A stretch of DNA of 64,000 nucleotides from Oscillospiraceae bacterium (GTDB lineage Bacteria; Bacillota_I; Bacilli_A; RFN20; CAG-288). A program made the translations under genes and the position numbers. This document shows positions 56,616 through 64,000 of the stretch, piece after piece (the first letter of the stretch is position 1; each line of letters begins with the position of its first letter). The notes under the pieces were generated by a model. It was not told the origin of the DNA, ran no database searches, and saw nothing but the letters and a program-made list of their open reading frames with translations. The stretch spans positions 2,984 through 66,983 of the forward strand of contig CAVJZP010000003.1 in NCBI GenBank assembly GCA_963654365.1, written 5' to 3'.

Positions 56616-58133
56616 TTATTCGTTTCCACCGATGACGATTTCGTTGTTTTCAGCCTGTTTGGCTAATAGCGCTTCCTTTTCATCCTGCAAGGCTTCTGTC
56701 TTCTTCTTGCTCAAGGTGTAGAGAAGAAGCATGACAAGACCCATGAGGAGGAATAGACCTGCTGGGATAGCGGTTGCCATGTAATACATGACGTTCAACG
56801 TATCTGCGCTCTGAACCTGACCAGAACCAGACTTATAATGTGTGCCAAGCAAAGCACCATTGACAGCGATAGCGGCAACGACCTGACCTAACTTTCTGAA
56901 GAACATGAAGACAGAATAGGAGGAACCATCGTTTCTAAGGCCTGTCTTGACTTCGACATCATCGATGGCATCTGTGGCAAGTGCCCAGATCTCAAGACCG
57001 ATGATCGATAATCCGAAACCGCTGATGACGCAGAAGAAGAGGAAGATGAACGGATACTTGATGATGATATCCTTCATGAAGATCATGATGAAGTTCGGAG
57101 CAGCAGCGACAAAGCCACCGACAGCACAGAGTTCCTTCTTTCCGAATTTACGGACCAACTTGCCAGCGCAGAGCATCAGAATGATCATCGGACCATAGGT
57201 GCAGGCCTGAGAGGCAAGGTTCATCCAGTTCTGACCGAAGAGATCGTTGAAGAGGTAGGTGTAGAAAGACTGCGTAAACATCTGACCAGCCAATAAGAGA
57301 AGACCAGTAAGACAGACAGCGACGAAGTTGCGGTTCTTGAGCAAGATCTTTGCAATCTTGAAGGTTTCGCCTTTGACATGCGGCTTCTGAACAGCGACAA
57401 CTCTTTCCTTGTTGTTGCGGTAGGCGACAAAGAGGAGAACAGCGGCGATAGCAGCCATGACGGAGACACCGATGATGATTGGCATATACTGAACGGTCGT
57501 AAGTGCCTTTCCGTTTTCGCCGAGGATGACATTTCCGCTCTCATCGGTCACATTCTTCGAATAGAACATCGTGACAAAGAGGACAGGGATCGAACCTAAG
57601 GCAGCACCAGCAGAACGGAAGACGGAAAGCTTGTTTCTTTCCTTGGCATCGGTTGTGACAACAGAGGCCAACGATCCATAAGGAATCTGATGCATCGTAT
57701 AGATCATACCGAAGAGGATATAGGTGACAGCCGCATAGACACAGACACCGACTTTGCCCATCTTGTCAGCTAATCCTGGCCAAGGCAAAAACATCAGTAT
57801 CGTAGCTAAGGCCAAGGGGATAGCGACCCATTTCATCCAGACGCGATATCTGCCTTCCTTTCCTGGCTTGCGGATATCAGCGATTCTACCCATGATAGGA
57901 TCATTGACCGCATCCCAGACACGGGCGAGGATGAACATGAGCATGATGAACATCGGCGTCAGTCCCAAGACATCCGTATAGTACTTCTGCAAAATCGTAG
58001 TGACCGTAGAGAAACATAGACATCCCGCAAAATCTCCTAACGCATAACCGATATAATCGTTAGCGTGCAGACCCGATGTCTGCGAAATATAGGAACGGCT
58101 CTTCACTTCTTCATTGTTGACATGGTCTTCCAT
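56616..58133 (-). CDS. MFS transporter, glycoside-pentoside-hexuronide (GPH) cation symporter family (YihO/MelB-like)
   Basis: The 505-aa product has 12 TM helices and an N-terminal GYALGDFAG pattern. Coordinates are taken from the ORF track. Confidence 0.85.
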   Translation of the reverse strand: MEDHVNNEEVKSRSYISQTSGLHANDYIGYALGDFAGCLCFSTVTTILQKYYTDVLGLTPMFIMLMFILARVWDAVNDPIMGRIADIRKPGKEGRYRVWMKWVAIPLALATILMFLPWPGLADKMGKVGVCVYAAVTYILFGMIYTMHQIPYGSLASVVTTDAKERNKLSVFRSAGAALGSIPVLFVTMFYSKNVTDESGNVILGENGKALTTVQYMPIIIGVSVMAAIAAVLLFVAYRNNKERVVAVQKPHVKGETFKIAKILLKNRNFVAVCLTGLLLLAGQMFTQSFYTYLFNDLFGQNWMNLASQACTYGPMIILMLCAGKLVRKFGKKELCAVGGFVAAAPNFIMIFMKDIIIKYPFIFLFFCVISGFGLSIIGLEIWALATDAIDDVEVKTGLRNDGSSYSVFMFFRKLGQVVAAIAVNGALLGTHYKSGSGQVQSADTLNVMYYMATAIPAGLFLLMGLVMLLLYTLSKKKTEALQDEKEALLAKQAENNEIVIGGNE

Positions 58134-58333
58134 AGTTCTTTTTATGCCATAAACGGCAACTCCTGTTTAAAATCATACAACAAATGTAAGCGCATTACTA
58201 GTATTTTTTAAGCAACTTAAAAAATTATTTCCCTTGCGAGATGAAAAAGACCTGTTTCTCCTTTCTTTATATATAGAATAGGATATCTGGATAAGATATG
58301 TGATTCATCGATTCAATGCTTGAGCGAAGATTG

Positions 58334-58355
58334 AAAACCGGATTTTCCGGTTTTT
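58334..58355. terminator. Orphan terminator-like hairpin inside the 560-bp spacer
   Basis: AAAACCGG-atttt-CCGGTTTTT is symmetrical, with A and T runs. No ORF of 25 aa or more with a Shine-Dalgarno lies on either side. Confidence 0.5.
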
Positions 58356-58598
58356 ACTAAATGGCACTTTTGTCAAAAAAGTTTTGATGTCGCTCTTTCA
58401 CTTGCCTCCCTCTGTTTTCCTATCAAAATTGGACAGGCATTCAATTTAAATCGTTTTTGTTCTCCTTTTGAAATTATGTGCTGAAATCATATGTTTTTCT
58501 TGTTTTGCCGATTTGATTGAGAAATCGTATTTTCTCAACCATATGGCGCTTGTAAAGTTGCTTGAATTACTAAAAATTCACTAAAAAATTATTCTCGT

Positions 58599-58613
58599 TT
58601 TTGCAATGCAAAA
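58599..58613. promoter_or_regulatory. Perfect 15-bp palindrome upstream of nrdG (candidate regulator site)
   Basis: The palindrome is TTTTGCA-A-TGCAAAA. A second half-site, CATTGCA, lies 25 nt downstream and overlaps an extended -10-like TGCATAATA. Confidence 0.3.
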
Positions 58614-58696
58614 CGATTGTTTTCCCCTGTTTTTCATTGCATAATAGATACGCTATTTCGTGCTAAGAAACATCTATGAAATAAGGAGGAATCGTC

Positions 58697-59212
58697 TTGA
58701 AAGTCATCATCGCAGGAATCGAAAGACACTCCTTTGTCAATGGCCCTGGTACCCGTTATGTCCTCTTCTTCCAAGGCTGCACTCACCGCTGTGAGAAATG
58801 CCAGAATCCGGACACATGGGATATCGAAAAGGGAACAGAATACGATGCCGATGATATCGTAAATGATATCCTCTCCACGAAATATCTTGATGGCGTCACC
58901 TTCTCCGGCGGCGATCCTCTGTTGCAGGCAAAAGCCTGTCACTATATCGCCAAAAAGCTAAAAGAGAAGAACATCAACATCTGGTGCTATACCGGATGGA
59001 CGTATGAGGCGATTGAAAGCGGTAAGGTATCTATCGATGCCAAAGACGCTTTGGATGATATCGATACTCTGATCGATGGTCCCTTTGTCTACTCTCTTCT
59101 CTCCGACAAGTGCCTTTACAGGGGAAGCACCAATCAGAGGATCATCAACATCAGAAAGAGCAGGGAAGAAAAAAGAGTCGTAGAAGATGACGTGTTCGAT
59201 TACGGTTTATGA
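58697..59212 (+). CDS. nrdG: Anaerobic ribonucleoside-triphosphate reductase activating protein (radical SAM)
   Basis: It has a TTG start 7 nt after AAGGAGG. It contains the CxxxCxxC cluster CTHRCEKC and FVNGPGTR. Confidence 0.9.
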   Translation: MKVIIAGIERHSFVNGPGTRYVLFFQGCTHRCEKCQNPDTWDIEKGTEYDADDIVNDILSTKYLDGVTFSGGDPLLQAKACHYIAKKLKEKNINIWCYTGWTYEAIESGKVSIDAKDALDDIDTLIDGPFVYSLLSDKCLYRGSTNQRIINIRKSREEKRVVEDDVFDYGL

Positions 59213-59225
59213 AAGAGGTAGTGCT

Positions 59226-61640
59226 ATGAAAAACATCATCAAAAGAGACGGTACGGTTGTCGCATTCGAACCAGAGAAGATTGAAAACGCCATTGCCAAG
59301 GCTTTCATTTCCACAAGCGAAATTCCTGCTAGGGATATCTCTGCGATGGCAAGAGCGGTGGAACTGATCGTTGAGTCTACGCTCAACAGCGAGAACAAGG
59401 ATTCTGCTACTGTCGAAGAGATTCAGGATGTCGTCGAAAAGACCCTGATGAAGGTCGGATATCAGAACACCGCAAAGGCGTATATCCTTTACCGCAACCA
59501 GCATGAGAAAGTAAGACAGGCGGAGAACACCATCATCGACTACAAGAAGCTTGTCGACGGATATATCGGAACAGATAAGGACTGGAGAGTCAAAGAGAAC
59601 TCTACCGTCACTCTTTCTGTCGGCGGTCTTATCCTCTCCAACTCCGGCGCCATCACTGCCAATTACTGGCTCAGCGAGATCTATGACAAAGAGATTTCCG
59701 ATGCCCACCGTCAGTGCTTTATCCACCTTCACGATTTAAGCATGCTCACCGGATACTGTGCCGGCTGGTCTTTGAAGCAGCTCATCAAAGAGGGATTAGG
59801 CGGAGTCGTCGGAAGAATCACTTCCTCTCCGGCCAAGCATCTCTCTACTCTCTGCAACCAGATGGTCAACTTCTTAGGCATTATGCAGAACGAATGGGCC
59901 GGCGCTCAGGCGTTCTCCTCCTTTGACACATATTTAGCGCCTTTCGTCAAAGCCGATCATTTATCCTATAAAGAAGTGAAGCAGTGCGTTCAGTCCTTCA
60001 TCTATGGCGTCAATACACCCTCCCGCTGGGGAACACAGGCTCCGTTTACCAACATCACATTGGACTGGACTGTCCCGGAAGACATGGTCAACATGCCTGC
60101 CATCATCGGCGGAAAAGAGATAGACTTCACCTATGGTGACTGCAAGGAAGAGATGGACATGGTCAACAAGGCCTTCATCGAGATCATGATCGAAGGAGAC
60201 AGCGAAGGAAGAGGATTCCAGTATCCGATTCCTACCTACTCCATCACAAAGGACTTCGACTGGTCTGAGACAGAGAACAACAGACTTCTCTTCACGATGA
60301 CAGCAAAATACGGAACTCCGTATTTCTCCAACTATATCAATTCCGACATGAAGCCGAGCGATGTCAGAAGCATGTGCTGCCGACTTCGTCTTGACCTCCG
60401 TGAACTGAGAAAGAAGGGAGGCGGATACTTCGGAAGCGGTGAATCCACCGGAAGCATCGGTGTCGTCACCCTCAACCTTCCTAGAATCGCTTACCTTTCC
60501 AAGTCCAAAGAGGACTTCTATTCCATTCTCGATCATTACATGGATATCGCTGCCCGCTCCCTCAACATCAAGAGAAAGGTCATCACCCGTCTTCTCGACC
60601 AGGGCATGTATCCTTATACAAAGAGATACTTAGGAACCTTCGACAATCACTTCTCCACCATCGGCCTTGTCGGCATGAATGAGTGCTTAGAGAACGCCAA
60701 ATGGTTCTTAGGCGGAAACCTTACCACCGAAGAGGGTAATCATATGGCAGAAGAGATTCTCAATCATATGAGAGAAAGACTCTCCGACTATCAGGAGAAG
60801 TATGGTGCTCTCTTCAACTTGGAGGCAACACCGGCAGAAAGCACCACTTACCGCTTTGCCAAGCACGATGTCGCAGAGTTCAAGGATATCAAGACCGCCT
60901 GCAAGAACGGTGGTTCCCCCTTCTATACCAACTCCTCTCATCTCCCGGTCAATTACACCGACGATATCTTCAAAGCCTTGGAGATGGAAGATAACTTACA
61001 GGTCCTCTACACCTCAGGCACGGTCTTCCACGCCTTCTTAGGCGAGAAGCTTCCGGACTGGAAGAGCGCGGCCTCCTTAGTCAAGAAGATCGCCTATAAC
61101 TTCAGACTTCCTTACTTCACCCTCTCTCCTACTTATTCCGTCTGCAGCGAACACGGCTATATCTCCGGCGAACACTTCAAGTGCCCGACCTGCGGAAAGG
61201 AAGCCGAGGTCTATTCCCGTATCACAGGATACTATCGTCCGGTCAAGAACTGGAACGACGGAAAAGTCTCCGAATTCAATTCCAGAAAGACCTATACTCC
61301 CTATGAGTTAAAAGGCGTCGAGACTCCAAACGCGGAGATTCAGTCTACCATTGAAAGAGTAAAAGCCGCATCGACACCTTGCGCTTGTCATCATCACCAT
61401 CAGAACCGTCTCACCCTCATCACTACCTCCACCTGCCCGAACTGCCGCATCGCAAAGCATCTCCTCGATGACAAGGGAATCGAATACGATGTCCTTGTCG
61501 CCGATAAGGATGAGAAAGGAAAGGAACTGGCAAAGAGACTCAACATCACCCAGGCTCCTACCCTTATCGTCGAAGACGAGGATGAAAATGTCCTCTTAGA
61601 CAATCTCTCCTCTATCCGTTCCTACATCGACAATCTGTAA
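59226..61640 (+). CDS. nrdD: Anaerobic (class III) ribonucleoside-triphosphate reductase with a C-terminal glutaredoxin/NrdH-like domain
   Basis: It has an ATP-cone (IIKRDGTVVAFEPEKI), a finger-loop SMCCRLRLD, the Zn site CSEHG...CPTCG and the glycyl radical motif RITGYYRP. An extra ~115 aa follows, containing CACHHHH and a CPNC thioredoxin-fold domain. Confidence 0.9.
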   Translation: MKNIIKRDGTVVAFEPEKIENAIAKAFISTSEIPARDISAMARAVELIVESTLNSENKDSATVEEIQDVVEKTLMKVGYQNTAKAYILYRNQHEKVRQAENTIIDYKKLVDGYIGTDKDWRVKENSTVTLSVGGLILSNSGAITANYWLSEIYDKEISDAHRQCFIHLHDLSMLTGYCAGWSLKQLIKEGLGGVVGRITSSPAKHLSTLCNQMVNFLGIMQNEWAGAQAFSSFDTYLAPFVKADHLSYKEVKQCVQSFIYGVNTPSRWGTQAPFTNITLDWTVPEDMVNMPAIIGGKEIDFTYGDCKEEMDMVNKAFIEIMIEGDSEGRGFQYPIPTYSITKDFDWSETENNRLLFTMTAKYGTPYFSNYINSDMKPSDVRSMCCRLRLDLRELRKKGGGYFGSGESTGSIGVVTLNLPRIAYLSKSKEDFYSILDHYMDIAARSLNIKRKVITRLLDQGMYPYTKRYLGTFDNHFSTIGLVGMNECLENAKWFLGGNLTTEEGNHMAEEILNHMRERLSDYQEKYGALFNLEATPAESTTYRFAKHDVAEFKDIKTACKNGGSPFYTNSSHLPVNYTDDIFKALEMEDNLQVLYTSGTVFHAFLGEKLPDWKSAASLVKKIAYNFRLPYFTLSPTYSVCSEHGYISGEHFKCPTCGKEAEVYSRITGYYRPVKNWNDGKVSEFNSRKTYTPYELKGVETPNAEIQSTIERVKAASTPCACHHHHQNRLTLITTSTCPNCRIAKHLLDDKGIEYDVLVADKDEKGKELAKRLNITQAPTLIVEDEDENVLLDNLSSIRSYIDNL

Positions 61641-61645
61641 CAACT

Positions 61646-61675
61646 AGAAGGTAGCTCCGGCTACCTTCTTTTTTG
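61646..61675 (+). terminator. Rho-independent terminator of nrdGD
   Basis: Hairpin AGAAGGTAGC-tccg-GCTACCTTCT followed by TTTTTT. Confidence 0.8.
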
Positions 61676-61677
61676 TC

Positions 61678-61705
61678 TTGAACATTCATCGAAAAGTGAT
61701 ATAAT
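61678..61705 (+). promoter_or_regulatory. SigA-type promoter of the coaX-like / ECF S-component pair
   Basis: TTGAAC-16 nt-TATAAT with an extended TG (GTGATATAAT). Confidence 0.55.
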
Positions 61706-61780
61706 TCCTTCTCGGAGAACTTTATATACTCTCCGCATTACTCGCACGGTACTTTCATAGACTGTAGAAGGAGAATGAAA

Positions 61781-62551
61781 ATGATTCTATTATCGAGTTT
61801 GGAAAACAGGACTTTTTCTGTGTGTCTTTATACAGAAGACAAGAAAAAGGTCGCATCTTCCCGCACCTTTGCAGACAAGACAAAAAGCGAATCCGAATAC
61901 ATGGATTCCCTCATTCAGTTCTTCAGAATGAATGAGATTGACGTAGAAGGAATTGATGGCTCTATCCTCTCTTCTGTCGTTCCTTCCCTGACGAAGAGGA
62001 TTCAGAACGCCATCGAGAAAACGACAATGACAAAATGTCTTGTCCTATCGAGGAAGCTGAAGACAGGCCTTGCCATCCGGACAGACAATCCAAGCGAAGT
62101 CGGATCGGATTTGATTGCAAGCTGTATCGGCGCTTTATCCGCTTATGACGAGGACTGCCTTGTCGTTACCTTGTCAACGGTCTTATCCTTCGCTGTCGTA
62201 ACGAAGAAGAAGGAATTTGTCGGCTGTTCTCTTTTCCCAGGTCTAAGGGCCTCTTGTGAGACGATGTGGAACAGCTGCGCTCAATTGATGGATATCGATC
62301 TGACAATTCCAGAACGCTTAGTCGGAAAAAGCACAAAAGAGAGCATGAACGACGGAATTGTCGGCGGATATCTCTGTCTCATAAGAAACTTCTCCGATGA
62401 GATTGAACGAGAGATGAAAAGACCGCTGAAGCGCGTCCTCACCGGAAGCGATATGGCGATTGTTGAGAATGCGCTCTTCTCCGACTTTGAGATCCATGCC
62501 GATTTGCTCTTTGACGGATTATTCGAAATATATAACAAGAACAGGATATAA
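61781..62551 (+). CDS. Type III pantothenate kinase (CoaX/Baf) homologue with degenerate ASKHA motifs
   Basis: By my recollection it is colinear with B. subtilis CoaX (IDGSILSSVVPS, KTGLAIRTDNPSEVGSDLI, FPGL, VGKST). DxGNT is replaced by SLENRT, DFGTA by TLSTV and TGG by TGS. The start is at the second ATG (MILLSS). Confidence 0.65.
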   Translation: MILLSSLENRTFSVCLYTEDKKKVASSRTFADKTKSESEYMDSLIQFFRMNEIDVEGIDGSILSSVVPSLTKRIQNAIEKTTMTKCLVLSRKLKTGLAIRTDNPSEVGSDLIASCIGALSAYDEDCLVVTLSTVLSFAVVTKKKEFVGCSLFPGLRASCETMWNSCAQLMDIDLTIPERLVGKSTKESMNDGIVGGYLCLIRNFSDEIEREMKRPLKRVLTGSDMAIVENALFSDFEIHADLLFDGLFEIYNKNRI

Positions 62552-62556
62552 CAATT

Positions 62557-63261
62557 ATGAACAAAAGAAGAAAGAACAACGTCTATTTATTAGCTTTGAC
62601 TGCCTTGATGATCGCCATTCAGTTCATCTTCGGCTTTACTCCGATTGGGACGATACAGACTCCGGTTCTCACCATCACCCTGATGGGAATCCCTGTCGCT
62701 ATCATCGCCTGTGTCTTCGGTCCTATCATGGGACTTGTCTCCGGTACCGTCTGGGGCATCATCTCTTTGATTCAGGCCTTCACCGGAATGGATGCTACTG
62801 CCATCATCTTACAGGAGTGCGTCAGAAACGGAGAAATCTCCAACGCCAGATATTTCAGCGGTCTTATCATCATGGCATTAGTGAGCAGAATGCTTGTCGG
62901 ATTCTTGACTGGACTCATCCATGATGCGATTGCTATCGTGGACAGAAAAGGCTATTTTGCCCCTTATATCGCAAGTATGTGTACTGCTCTTCTTAACACG
63001 ATCCTCTTTATGACATCCTTCTGCGCCTTCTTCTACAACACTCCTGTCATCTCCCATATTGTCGGTGATAAAACCTATAGCAATGTCTTCCTCTTTGTCT
63101 TTGCCATCATCGGAATCAACTTCGTCGTTGAATTCATCACCAATGGAATCATCGGCGGAAGCTGTGCTTTAGGAATCAGTAAAGCTACGGCAAAGAATGG
63201 CATCTACTCTCCTCTTCCTCATTTCTTCACAGGAAGAGAGAAGAAAGCAGAAGAAAAGTAA
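62557..63261 (+). CDS. ECF transporter S component (substrate-binding membrane subunit), pantothenate (PanT)-like by context
   Basis: The 234-aa product has about 6 TM helices and an N-terminal pattern LALTALMIAIQFIFGF. It lies 5 nt after the coaX-like gene. Confidence 0.75.
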   Translation: MNKRRKNNVYLLALTALMIAIQFIFGFTPIGTIQTPVLTITLMGIPVAIIACVFGPIMGLVSGTVWGIISLIQAFTGMDATAIILQECVRNGEISNARYFSGLIIMALVSRMLVGFLTGLIHDAIAIVDRKGYFAPYIASMCTALLNTILFMTSFCAFFYNTPVISHIVGDKTYSNVFLFVFAIIGINFVVEFITNGIIGGSCALGISKATAKNGIYSPLPHFFTGREKKAEEK

Positions 63262-63323
63262 ATTCGACTATTCAAATGCTTTCATTCGAAGGCGGAAAAA
63301 GGTAGACTATTTCCGTAGGAGAA

Positions 63324-63752
63324 ATGATTATGATCGATAATAAGATTTCAACCATCAAGAAATGGGTAGATGAGAAGATTGCAGATCCTGGAAACGAGTT
63401 TTCACCCGTTTATCAGGAATTCAGAAGAAGAGTAGGCATTACTTCCTTTGTCATGTTTGTCCTCTTCACGATGCTAGGTACTGGAATCTATGTTGGGTTT
63501 TCCTACTTCCATCCAGAGATGTGGAGTTACTTATGGACTCTGACTCTCTCAGGACTCATCATCGCTTCCTTAGTCCGAAGTCTTCTCTTCGGAAGAATGA
63601 TTCAGTTTGCCTATCCGCTTCTTCTTATCGCTATCTACTTCCCTGTTGCAGCAACCTATAACATCTATCATCCCTTATGGGTGATCTTCCTATCTATTCC
63701 TCTTTATTACATCCTTGGACGCCTCATCGATAAGATTGAAAGAAAAGAATAA
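63324..63752 (+). CDS. Hypothetical membrane protein (4 predicted TM helices)
   Basis: The 142-aa ORF has hydrophobic segments. An alternative start lies at 63330. Confidence 0.55.
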   Translation: MIMIDNKISTIKKWVDEKIADPGNEFSPVYQEFRRRVGITSFVMFVLFTMLGTGIYVGFSYFHPEMWSYLWTLTLSGLIIASLVRSLLFGRMIQFAYPLLLIAIYFPVAATYNIYHPLWVIFLSIPLYYILGRLIDKIERKE

Positions 63753-63938
63753 GGATTCTATCTGAAAGCCGACATCATCCGCTCTATCAGCAGCAATCTC
63801 GACGTATTTGTTAGCACGAATACAAAAAGAGGTTGCTGCTTTTTCTGTGATGACATGCTTAGTTCGGCTTTGATGATGCTTGGATTGTTCTTCTTCCCCG
63901 AGATTATTCTCTCGTCGGATTCGGTCCGTGTTTTTTGA

Positions 63939-64000
63939 TTATAAGTTGTCACCAACCTTATCACCAACCTTATTACCAACCTTTCTGTTGTGATTGAAAG
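63939..64000 (-). CDS. 3' end of a gene that starts beyond the window; C-terminus made of (K/N)VGD tetrapeptide repeats
   Basis: The minus-strand frame reads ...VGNKVGDKVGDNL-stop (TAA at 63939..63941). It is encoded by three 12-bp tandem repeats at 63950..63985. The fragment is too short to name. Confidence 0.3.
   Translation of the reverse strand, partial: FNHNRKVGNKVGDKVGDNL

Noticed and set aside
58080-58134. There is an apparent frameshift near codon 18 of the GPH transporter. The printed junction gtc|ctg gives an early stop, and the ATG sits at 58134 instead of 58133.
   Set aside because: The ORF track gives an uninterrupted 505-aa protein (MEDHVNNEEVKSRSYISQTSGLH...) at 56616..58133. 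Anchors on both sides (58022 and 58634/58697) agree with the track. It is the same one-base offset pattern at a line junction, so I followed the ORF track.
58134-58696. I looked for NrdR boxes, an FNR/Rex-type site or a riboswitch upstream of nrdGD.
   Set aside because: I found no match to the NrdR consensus (acaCwAtATaTwGtgt), to TTGAT-N4-ATCAA, or to TTGTGAA-N4-TTCACAA. Only unrelated palindromes were found, and these are reported separately.
63758-63979. A 73-aa minus-strand ORF lies at the right edge (MVIRLVIRLV...).
   Set aside because: Its N-terminus is merely an alternative frame of the 12-bp tandem repeat, and the rest has no coding features. The neighbouring frame ending in VGDNL-stop is the more plausible reading.
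1-64000. I looked for CRISPR arrays, rRNA genes, prophage or integrase genes, toxin-antitoxin pairs and known defence systems.
   Set aside because: I saw no regularly spaced direct repeats. No integrase, recombinase or phage structural motifs appear in any listed ORF. The only mobile-element protein is TnpB.

Overview
This is a 64-kb chromosomal window from a low-GC Gram-positive bacterium (Bacillota). It has an RNA polymerase delta subunit, at least five lipobox lipoproteins, very large membrane-anchored surface proteins and the standard genetic code. This suggests an Erysipelotrichia- or Mollicutes-related, possibly gut-associated lineage, but that is inference only. Most of the window is housekeeping: nifU-like, pduL, hpf, tal, nrnA, rpoE, argS, ispF, ychF, pnp, rlmB, nrdGD, two zinc peptidases, glycosyltransferases, two ABC systems each with its own regulator, and one tRNA-Arg(UCG). 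Accessory content is as follows. (1) A stand-alone IS200/IS605-type tnpB lies at the left edge. (2) A four-gene operon of lineage-specific envelope proteins includes a 1336-aa protein. (3) A nine-gene sugar catabolic cluster at 49.3-58.1 kb, next to tRNA-Arg, has the gene content of the sulfoquinovose sulfo-transaldolase pathway. It carries a YihQ-type GH31 that seems to lack the sulfonate-binding Arg, plus an unexplained FucI-like isomerase. I consider this the most interesting locus. (4) nrdD carries a C-terminal fused glutaredoxin/NrdH-like domain. (5) A type III pantothenate-kinase homologue with degenerate ATP-binding motifs sits next to an ECF S-component. I saw no CRISPR array, rRNA, recognisable riboswitch or obvious defence system. 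Coordinates of small motifs may be off by 1 nt. At two line junctions the printed sequence and the ORF track disagreed by one base, and I followed the ORF track.
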